DNA of 36,810 nt from an uncultured Streptomycetaceae bacterium (lineage in GTDB: Bacteria; Pseudomonadota; Gammaproteobacteria; Burkholderiales; SG8-41). Location of the stretch: NCBI GenBank assembly GCA_964581835.1, contig CAZOQY010000001.1, positions 1 through 36,810 on the forward strand, read 5' to 3'. Positions 24,411-30,790 of this stretch are shown here, piece by piece. The position numbers and the translations under genes are program-made. Every line of letters begins with the position of its first letter. Position 1 is the stretch's first letter. The notes beneath the pieces were generated by a model, which was not told the origin of the DNA, did no database searches, and saw only the letters and a list, made by a program, of their open reading frames with translations.

Positions 24411-24612
24411 ACAGGATTCACCAGGACAAGACTATCGAAGCACGCCAGAACCCGCCAACAACATTAATGGACAGGATTAACAAGATTAGAACAATAAAAC
24501 CGGAGAGCTCCCGGGCCGGGTTTTTCTGAATTTTGAATCTTGTTAATCTTGTTAATCCTGTCCATTTTGTTTTTGACGGGTGTTGAGTAGCGATGCCTGT
24601 CAATCCTGTCCG
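24411..24612. repeat. AT-rich nested inverted-repeat (MITE-like) element filling a convergent intergenic gap
   Basis: The outer 8-bp arms are ACAGGATT (24411-24418) and AATCCTGT (24603-24610). A perfect inner 21-bp inverted repeat reads ATGGACAGGATTAACAAGATT (24467-24487) and AATCTTGTTAATCCTGTCCAT (24545-24565). The right arm is extended by a 9-mer tandem, AATCTTGTT AATCTTGTT AATCCTGTC (24536-24562). Confidence 0.75.
24496..24525. terminator. possible bidirectional intrinsic terminator in the core of the IR element
   Basis: The sequence reads AAAAC-CGGAGAGCTCCCGGGCCGGG-TTTTT, a GC-rich self-complementary core flanked by an A-tract and a T-tract. It lies between convergent PrpD-like and Bug genes. 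The stem pairing is imperfect. Confidence 0.35.
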
Positions 24613-25560
24613 TTACGGCTCCAGCTTGATGCCTGCGTTCTGGATCACCTTGCCGAGCCGGGCCATTTCCGACTTGACCGTCTGGGCGAGCGCGTCGGGC
24701 GGACTGCCGAGCGACTCCATGCCGGCGGCGAAGAACTTCTCCCTGACTTCGGTGCGCTGAAGGAACGGCGCGATTTCCTGGTTCAACCGCGCCACGACGG
24801 CATCCGGCGTCCGCGCCGGGCCGAACAGGCCCTGCACCGACACGAGCTCGTAGCCCGGCAGCCCGCCCGCGGCGATCGTCGGCAGCCCGGGCAGCAGCGG
24901 GGAGGGCTTCGCGCTGGTCACCGCCAGCGCCCGCAGCCTCCCTGATTTCATGTGCGGGGCCGCCGCGCCCGCGTTGGCGAAGAAGAGCTGCACTTCGCCG
25001 CTCATCAGTTCGGTGATCGCGAGGCCGCCGCTTTTATAGTTGATGCGCACCATGTCCGCGCGCGACATGGACTTGAACAGCTCCGCCGCCAGGAACCCGG
25101 AGCCGCCGATGCCCGACGTGGCGTAGTTCAGCGCGCCCGGCCGCGCCTTGAGCAGCGCGAGCAGTTCCTTCACGTTCTTCACGGGCAGCGAGGGATGCAC
25201 GACCAGGATGTTGGGGGAGGTGACCACCAGCGTGATGGGCGTGAAGTCCTTCACCGGGTCGTACGGGGTCTGCCGCAGGAAAGGCGTGATCCACAGGGGT
25301 GCTGCGGACAGGCACAGCGTATAGCCGTCGGGCGGGGCCTTGGCCGTGAGTTCCGCGGGCAGGTTGCCGCTGCCGCGGTTGTCCACGATGATCTGCTGGC
25401 CCAGCGAAGGGGAAACACCTTGCGCGATCAGGCGGGCGGCGAAGTCCCCGCCGCTGCCGACGCCGGTCACCATGATCCGGATGGGCTTGGCGGGATAAGT
25501 CTGGGCCGACGCTGTCGCGGCGAAGGCGATCATGCTGAGGGCGATGCCGAATTGCTTCAC
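24613..25560 (-). CDS. Bug/TctC-family periplasmic solute-binding protein (divergent subtype)
   Basis: The GTG start at 25560 lies 5 nt after GAGGAG. The signal peptide is MKQFGIALSMIAFAATASAQT. Motifs include YPAKPIRIMV, DNRGSG, PPDGYTL, INYKS and RALAVTSAKPSPLLPGLPT. It is a paralog of 8890..9843. Confidence 0.9.
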   Translation of the reverse strand: MKQFGIALSMIAFAATASAQTYPAKPIRIMVTGVGSGGDFAARLIAQGVSPSLGQQIIVDNRGSGNLPAELTAKAPPDGYTLCLSAAPLWITPFLRQTPYDPVKDFTPITLVVTSPNILVVHPSLPVKNVKELLALLKARPGALNYATSGIGGSGFLAAELFKSMSRADMVRINYKSGGLAITELMSGEVQLFFANAGAAAPHMKSGRLRALAVTSAKPSPLLPGLPTIAAGGLPGYELVSVQGLFGPARTPDAVVARLNQEIAPFLQRTEVREKFFAAGMESLGSPPDALAQTVKSEMARLGKVIQNAGIKLEP

Positions 25561-25581
25561 AAAATCTCCTCGTTTGAATTG

Positions 25582-25606
25582 TCATTGTGGCCGTATTTTA
25601 CAATGA
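25582..25606. promoter_or_regulatory. perfect palindrome TCATTGT-N11-ACAATGA (possible operator)
   Basis: It has 7-bp arms and lies in the divergent region between the Bug genes at 24613..25560 and 25715..26686. It overlaps the putative -35 element at 25598. Confidence 0.4.
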
Positions 25607-25626
25607 GGGGCGCGGCGCGTTGTAAT
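25598..25626 (+). promoter_or_regulatory. sigma70-like promoter TTACAA-N17-TGTAAT
   Basis: TTACAA at 25598-25603, a 17-nt spacer and TGTAAT at 25621-25626 have the same architecture as the 4396..4424 site. They lie upstream of the Bug gene at 25715. Confidence 0.4.
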
Positions 25627-25631
25627 ATTCA

Positions 25632-25666
25632 GTCGCGAGTCGCGGGTCGCGAGTCACGGGTCACCA
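25632..25666. repeat. tandem heptamer array GTCGCGA GTCGCGG GTCGCGA GTCACGG GTCACCA
   Basis: Five 7-nt units lie between the putative promoter (25598-25626) and the Bug start at 25715. Confidence 0.8.
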
Positions 25667-25714
25667 GGCGAGAACCGCCGCCCGTTATCGAATGAAAGCC
25701 ATCGAGGAGACGAC

Positions 25715-26686
25715 ATGAGAGACGTTGCGTTGAGGATCATGGCTGCGGGATTTGCCGTGGCCCTGGTTTCGGCGGCGCCGCACGCCGCGGCGCAATACCC
25801 GACCAAGCCGGTGCGGCTGATCGTCTCGTCGGGGGCGGGCGGCGGGCTGGATTTCGTCGCGCGCCAGGTCGCGACGCCGCTCTCCGAGGCGCTGGGCCAG
25901 ACCGTGGTGGTGGACAACCGTGCCGGCGCGAGCGGCAGCATCGCGGCGGAGGTTGCCTCGCAGGCGGCGCCGGACGGCTATACCCTCATGTTCCTCAGCG
26001 CGAGCCTGGTGGTGTACGGCATCGTCAACAGGACGCGCTACGACCTCGAGCGCGACTTCGCCGCGGTGTCCCAGGTCGCGGCCGCGTCCTACATGCTGGC
26101 CGTGACGCCGGGCCTGCCGGCGAAGAGCGTGAAGGAACTGGTCGCATACGCGAAGGCCAATCCGGACAAGCTCAACTACGCTTCCACCGGCAACGCCTCC
26201 CTCGCGCATCTCGCGACCGAGCTGTTCGCGCACGGCACCGGTACCCGCCTCGTGCACATTCCCTACAAGGGGGTCGGCGCGGCGGTCCCCGACCTGTTTT
26301 CCGGACGGCTGCATCTGGCGTTCCTCAGCATGGGCTCGCTCTACGGCCACGTCCGCGCGGGGCGACTGAGGGCGCTGGCGGTCGCGAGCGCCGAGCGGGT
26401 GAAGATGGCGCCCGAGCTGCCGACGATGATCGAAGCGGGCGTGCCGGGCTACGTGGTGACCCAGTGGCACGGGATGCTGGCGCCGCGCGGTACGCCGCGC
26501 CCGGTGGTCGACCGGCTGCACAAGGAGATCGTCAAGGCCGTCGCGCGCCAGGACGTCGCGTCGCGGCTCGCGCTCGACGGTACCGATGGCGTCGCCAGCA
26601 CCCCGGCGGCGTTCGCGGCCTTCCTCAGGTCCGAGCGCGAGCAGTGGACCAGGGTCGCGAAAGTCGCGAACATCAAGGGCGACTGA
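25715..26686 (+). CDS. Bug/TctC-family periplasmic solute-binding protein
   Basis: The ATG at 25715 follows GAGGAGA. The signal peptide ends HAAAQ. Motifs include YPTKPVRLIV, DNRAGASG, APDGYTLM and HIPYKG. Confidence 0.92.
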   Translation: MRDVALRIMAAGFAVALVSAAPHAAAQYPTKPVRLIVSSGAGGGLDFVARQVATPLSEALGQTVVVDNRAGASGSIAAEVASQAAPDGYTLMFLSASLVVYGIVNRTRYDLERDFAAVSQVAAASYMLAVTPGLPAKSVKELVAYAKANPDKLNYASTGNASLAHLATELFAHGTGTRLVHIPYKGVGAAVPDLFSGRLHLAFLSMGSLYGHVRAGRLRALAVASAERVKMAPELPTMIEAGVPGYVVTQWHGMLAPRGTPRPVVDRLHKEIVKAVARQDVASRLALDGTDGVASTPAAFAAFLRSEREQWTRVAKVANIKGD

Positions 26687-26687
26687 T

Positions 26688-26709
26688 GCAGGCCGGCGTC
26701 CCGGCCCGC
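26688..26709. terminator. GC hairpin between convergent Bug and cupin genes
   Basis: The core is GGCCGG-CGTC-CCGGCC (26691-26706), extendable with one mismatch. There is no T-tract on either side. Confidence 0.25.
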
Positions 26710-26710
26710 G

Positions 26711-27292
26711 CTACTTGTGGCGCCCTTGCGAGTACTGCGAGAGCTCCGGCTCGAACTTGCCGTCGATCAGGATGTACATCATCTTCACCGGCTTGCCCGA
26801 GCGGTTGCTCCAGGCGTGGTTGGTGCCGCGCTGGATCACGATGTCGCCGGCCTTGAGGTGGACGTCCTCGTCGTCGAGCAGCATGACGATCTCGCCTTCC
26901 AGCACCACGGCGTAGTCCACCGACTCGGTGCGGTGCATGAAGGGGTGGCGCTGGTTCTGTCCGAAGGTCGAGGCCTGCGGGTTGCCGCCTTCCTTGAAGA
27001 ACTCGCGCGCCTGCTCCGGCGTGAGCGTCTTGAAGAACTCCGGTTCCGGCGGAATCTCGCTGATGCGGATCTTGGTGCCCATCACCGGCACGAAGTCGCG
27101 CGGTCCCTGCGTGGGATCCGCTTCCTCGCGCGCGATCGGCACCGGCATCGCGGTGGTCTTCCAGATGTCGGTGGACTTGTGGCCGGGGCGGTTGGGATGG
27201 GTCCGGATCGAGGTGCAGGGGCCGTCGGAAATGACGACGGCCTTGCCGTTCCTGTCGTGACCGGTGACGACGCGTCGGATGGTGTCTGCCAT
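26711..27292 (-). CDS. cupin-domain protein
   Basis: The RBS is AGGAGAGGAAGG. The 193-aa product has a C-terminal cupin barrel (HRTESVDYAVVLEGEIVMLLDDEDVHLKAGDIVIQRGTNHAWSNRS). Confidence 0.75.
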   Translation of the reverse strand: MADTIRRVVTGHDRNGKAVVISDGPCTSIRTHPNRPGHKSTDIWKTTAMPVPIAREEADPTQGPRDFVPVMGTKIRISEIPPEPEFFKTLTPEQAREFFKEGGNPQASTFGQNQRHPFMHRTESVDYAVVLEGEIVMLLDDEDVHLKAGDIVIQRGTNHAWSNRSGKPVKMMYILIDGKFEPELSQYSQGRHK

Positions 27293-27425
27293 GAGCCTTC
27301 CTCTCCTGTAAGGTCGCTCATGATATCCCGCTGCCGCCGGCAGCGGGGCGCCGCGTTCAGGATGTAGACTCGTTTTTCGGCGGCGGTCCGGCGTTGCGCC
27401 GTGCCGCCGCCGGTAAGACCGCGGA

Positions 27426-27791
27426 CTACTTGATCAGCCGGATGGCGAACGGGTACTGGTAGTCGAGCTGGCCGTTCGAGACCTTGACCGCCGCCATGAT
27501 GGTGAGAATCAGCGCGCCGAGGCCGACGACGAATATCAGCAGGAAGCCGATCAGCACGAACATCAGCACGATGCTGATGACCATCGCGATCGTCACCGTG
27601 ATCTGGAAATTGAGCGCTTCCTTGCCGTGCTTGTCCACCAGCGGCATGGATTCCTTCTTCATCAGCCACACGATCAGCGGCCCCACGATGTTGCCGAACG
27701 GAACGATGAAGCCGGACAGCGCGGCAAGGTGGCAGATCATCGCCCAGTTCTGTTCTTCCTTGGCATTGGCTGCTTGCGGGTTTTCGCTCAT
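27426..27791 (-). CDS. DUF4870-like small membrane protein
   Basis: The RBS is GGGAGA. Motifs include NWAMICHLAALSGFIVPFGNIVGPLIVWLMKKESMPLVDKHGKEALNFQIT, followed by a long TM segment. The gene is visibly less GC-rich than its neighbours. Confidence 0.75.
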   Translation of the reverse strand: MSENPQAANAKEEQNWAMICHLAALSGFIVPFGNIVGPLIVWLMKKESMPLVDKHGKEALNFQITVTIAMVISIVLMFVLIGFLLIFVVGLGALILTIMAAVKVSNGQLDYQYPFAIRLIK

Positions 27792-27979
27792 TTTTATCTC
27801 CCAGGTTGGCGGCCCCTGCGGGACGCGAAGCTAGAATACACCAAGGCTGCGGAGAGGGCGGTTCCATGCCGATTTCGCGCCTGGCGGCGGCCCGGTCACC
27901 GTCCAGCATCTGGAAGGGTGGACGCGACCGCTCCGGTATACTTTCCGCGCGGCAAAACAAATACATGGAGGAACCCATC

Positions 27980-28984
27980 ATGGTTGCGATCGGCGGCATC
28001 ACGCGTTTTGGCGGGGCAGTTGTGCTGGCGGCCGCAATGGCGGCCATGGGTGTCTCCGGCGCAGCGTTCGCGCAGGCCTGGCAGCCCGAGCGGGCAGTGG
28101 AGATCGTCGTCGGCACCAGCGCCGGTGGCGGCCAGGACACCTCGGCGCGCTTCGTGCAAAAGCTGATCCAGGAGCACAAGCTCGTGGCCGTGCCGACGGC
28201 CGTGGTCAACAAGCCGGGCGCCGGCAGCTCCATCGGCTACACCTACCTCAACCAGCAACCGGGCAACGCGCATCACCTCATGCTGTTGACCGTGCCGCTG
28301 CTCACCAACTACATCATGGGCGTCAGCACGGTCAGCTACTCGGACCTGACGCCGATATCGGTCCTGTTCGACGATTACATCGCGGTGACCGTCAAGCCGG
28401 ACTCGCCGATCAAGTCGGGCCGGGACCTGATGGACCGCATCCGGAAGGACCCGTCCTCCGTCAGCGTCGGTATTCCCTCGATCACCGGCGGCGGCGGGCT
28501 CGCCATCCTGCTCGCAGCGAAGGCGATGGGCGTGGATCCCAAGCAGGTCAAGACGGTGGTATTCAAGTCGGGGGGCGACTCGATGAGCGCGCTGCTCGGC
28601 GGCCACATCGACGTGATGATGTCCACCACTGCGGCGCCGGTTGCCCAGTTGAAAGCCGGCACGGTGCGCCTGCTGGCGATTGCTTCGCCGAAGCGTCTCG
28701 AAGGGATGCTTGCCGGCGTTCCGACCTGGCGCGAGCAGGGCGTGAACGTCGAGTTCTCCAACTGGCGCGGCATCGTGGGGCCGCGCGGGCTGACGCCGGC
28801 GCAGGTCGCCTACTGGGAAGGCACTTTCAGGAAACTCGTGCAGATCGACGAGTTCAAGCGGGACGTCGAGCGCAACTTCTGGGTGAGCAACTACCGGGGC
28901 AGCGCCGACATGGCCAAGTACCTCAAGGCCGAGCACGAGGAACTGAGGGCGCTGCTGGGCGATCTCGGCATGGCCAAGCGCTAG
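27980..28984 (+). CDS. TctC/Bug-family periplasmic solute-binding protein (more TctC-like subtype)
   Basis: The ATG at 27980 lies 7 nt after GGAGGA; an alternative ATG is at 27965. The signal peptide ends AAFAQA. Motifs include VEIVVGTSAGGGQDTSAR, NKPGAGSS and FSNWRGIVGPRG. Confidence 0.85.
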   Translation: MVAIGGITRFGGAVVLAAAMAAMGVSGAAFAQAWQPERAVEIVVGTSAGGGQDTSARFVQKLIQEHKLVAVPTAVVNKPGAGSSIGYTYLNQQPGNAHHLMLLTVPLLTNYIMGVSTVSYSDLTPISVLFDDYIAVTVKPDSPIKSGRDLMDRIRKDPSSVSVGIPSITGGGGLAILLAAKAMGVDPKQVKTVVFKSGGDSMSALLGGHIDVMMSTTAAPVAQLKAGTVRLLAIASPKRLEGMLAGVPTWREQGVNVEFSNWRGIVGPRGLTPAQVAYWEGTFRKLVQIDEFKRDVERNFWVSNYRGSADMAKYLKAEHEELRALLGDLGMAKR

Positions 28985-29003
28985 TTTTCTTTCCTTGCGG
29001 CGG

Positions 29004-29816
29004 TCAGGCCTTGCCCGCGCCGCTGAAGAAGGTGTAGCCGATCGAGCGGTGCAGGCCGCGCCGCATGCCCTCGAAGGCGAGCACGCGGTCGAATTGCAGG
29101 TTCTCCACGTTGATGTCGGGCCCGAACTCCTTCAGCAGCCAGACTGGCAGTTCCGGCCAGCCGCCGGGGCCGACCTCGAAGGCGAGCGGCCCGGTTCCCA
29201 CTTCGGCGACGAGGCTGGCGACGGCGTCGAGCTGCCTGCTCTTCAGGCAGTAGCACAGCGTTTCGTTCTCGACCGCGACCTTGGCGGAGCCCGCGGCGAT
29301 GTCGGCGCGCACCGTGTCGGCGGCCGCTTTCACGTCGAGCTTGAGATCGCCGATCTTGTTGCCGAGCTCGGTATAAGTCTCGAGCCCGGCGTCCTTCGCC
29401 CGACGGATCAGGCGGTCGCGGTCGGCGCGGGCAAGATCGGCGATGCAATCGGTGCTGATCTCGACGCCGGAGAAGCCGAGCCCCGGCAGCGCCTCGAAAT
29501 ACTCGCTTACCTTGTTCTGCAGGTATGCGATCTCGAAGGGGACGCCGCCAGTGAACGTGGCGATGCCGTGCTGGCGGTAGAGCGCGTTCTTCGATTTGAA
29601 GAAGTCGGGCGGCAGCCGGCCCACCAGGCTGACGTGATCCGCGTACTTCACGCGATCGAGTATATCGGCGACCGTGTCGAGAAAAGACGCCTGCTGCACC
29701 AGCGGCATCGCGAGGTCGGTCATGATGGTCCAGCGCGTGGACCGCGGCTTCGGCGGCGGTTGCGGAATATCGAGAAAGCCGAGCGAGAATCCGCTGCGGT
29801 CCGTTTTTTGATTCAT
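29004..29816 (-). CDS. phosphosulfolactate synthase (ComA, PF02679)-family protein
   Basis: The ATG at 29816 (MNQKTDRS) lies 7 nt after AGGAG. The motifs GFSGVEISTDC, IRRAKDAGLETYTELGNK and FEVGPGG...VNVENLQFDRVLAFEGMRRGL parallel archaeal ComA (GFEAVEISDGS, IKRAKDNGF..TEVGKK, LETLRRGL). Confidence 0.7.
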   Translation of the reverse strand: MNQKTDRSGFSLGFLDIPQPPPKPRSTRWTIMTDLAMPLVQQASFLDTVADILDRVKYADHVSLVGRLPPDFFKSKNALYRQHGIATFTGGVPFEIAYLQNKVSEYFEALPGLGFSGVEISTDCIADLARADRDRLIRRAKDAGLETYTELGNKIGDLKLDVKAAADTVRADIAAGSAKVAVENETLCYCLKSRQLDAVASLVAEVGTGPLAFEVGPGGWPELPVWLLKEFGPDINVENLQFDRVLAFEGMRRGLHRSIGYTFFSGAGKA

Positions 29817-29932
29817 GGCCGTGCTCCTGTCGATGCGCTCAATGACACTCGATGACGGCGATGCTAGCATGCAGAAGATGGCATGCAGGCAAATTTTCCA
29901 TAGCGAATTCCATATTGTGAAGGAACGATAAC

Positions 29933-30781
29933 GTGGGTACTCTCGACGGACAGGTAGCGATCATCACCGGCGGCACGCGCGGCATCGGCCGCGCCACGGC
30001 CGACATGTTCGCGCAGCATGGCGCGACGCTGGCACTCTGCTCGCGCAGCCAGGAATCGCTGGACGCGGCAGCGAAGGAAATCACGGTGGCGCACGGCGTG
30101 AAGGTGTTCGCGAAGTCAGCCGATATCCTCGACGGTCCGTCGATGGCGGATTTCGTGAAGCAGGTGGGCGAGCGCTACGGCCGCATCGACGTGCTGGTCA
30201 ACAACGCCGGCGGATCGGAGCAGCGACAGGCGAGCGGCTCGCGCTACCAGGTCTACGCGGTCGACCCGATCGACGGCAAGACGCTGCCGCCGGGGCGCTA
30301 CGAGGAGATGACCGATGACGAGTTCCTCAACGCGTTCCGCCAGAAGGTCCTCGCGCTCGGCTTCACCATGAAGGCGGTGCTGCCGTGGATGAAGAAGCAG
30401 AAGGGCGGCTCCATCATCAACGTGGTGTCGATGAAGGGCAAGCAGCCGCCGCCGCGGGTGGTCAGCTCATCGGTTGCCGCCGCCGCTGCGATGAACCTCA
30501 GCAAGGCGCTGTCGCTGGAGGTCGCGGAATTCAACATCCGCGTCAACGTCGTCGCGCTGGAGAGCATCGTCACCTCGCAGACCGAGAAGAGCCGGCAGCG
30601 CTGGGCGGCCGACAAGACGATGGAGGAGTTTCTCGCCCCGCGCAACGCCAACATCCCGATGCACCGGCTGGGCAAGTCGGACGAGGTCGCCCACGCCATC
30701 TACTGCCTCGCCGCACCGCTCGGCGCCTACATCACCGGGCAGGTACTGTGCGTGGACGGCGGGGGATTGCGCAGTTGGTGA
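29933..30781 (+). CDS. short-chain dehydrogenase/reductase-fold protein with non-canonical catalytic positions
   Basis: The GTG start at 29933 follows GAAGGAA. ITGGTRGIG and NNAG are present. An insertion of about 35 aa follows NNAG. Where classical SDRs have Y-x3-K, 13 and 17 residues after the catalytic Ser, this protein reads S and A (VVSMKGKQPPPRVVSSSVAAAAAMNLSK). Confidence 0.75.
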   Translation: MGTLDGQVAIITGGTRGIGRATADMFAQHGATLALCSRSQESLDAAAKEITVAHGVKVFAKSADILDGPSMADFVKQVGERYGRIDVLVNNAGGSEQRQASGSRYQVYAVDPIDGKTLPPGRYEEMTDDEFLNAFRQKVLALGFTMKAVLPWMKKQKGGSIINVVSMKGKQPPPRVVSSSVAAAAAMNLSKALSLEVAEFNIRVNVVALESIVTSQTEKSRQRWAADKTMEEFLAPRNANIPMHRLGKSDEVAHAIYCLAAPLGAYITGQVLCVDGGGLRSW

Positions 30782-30790
30782 CGCGGCGCC

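Noticed and set aside
24418-24603. A 61-aa minus-strand ORF inside the AT-rich element.
   Set aside because: It lies entirely within the nested inverted repeats and has no RBS. Its composition differs from that of all real genes here, so it is most likely non-coding.
24411-24612. An autonomous insertion sequence or other mobile element, prophage or genomic island.
   Set aside because: No transposase, integrase, recombinase or phage gene occurs anywhere in the window. The element is called only as a structural repeat.
27293-27425. GC-rich hairpins (CCCGCTGCC-GCC-GGCAGCGGG and CGGCGGCG...CGCCGCCG) as a terminator between the DUF4870 and cupin genes.
   Set aside because: On the transcribed (minus) strand the hairpins are followed by A-rich or mixed sequence, not a U-tract. 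They may still be structured, but I cannot support an intrinsic terminator call.
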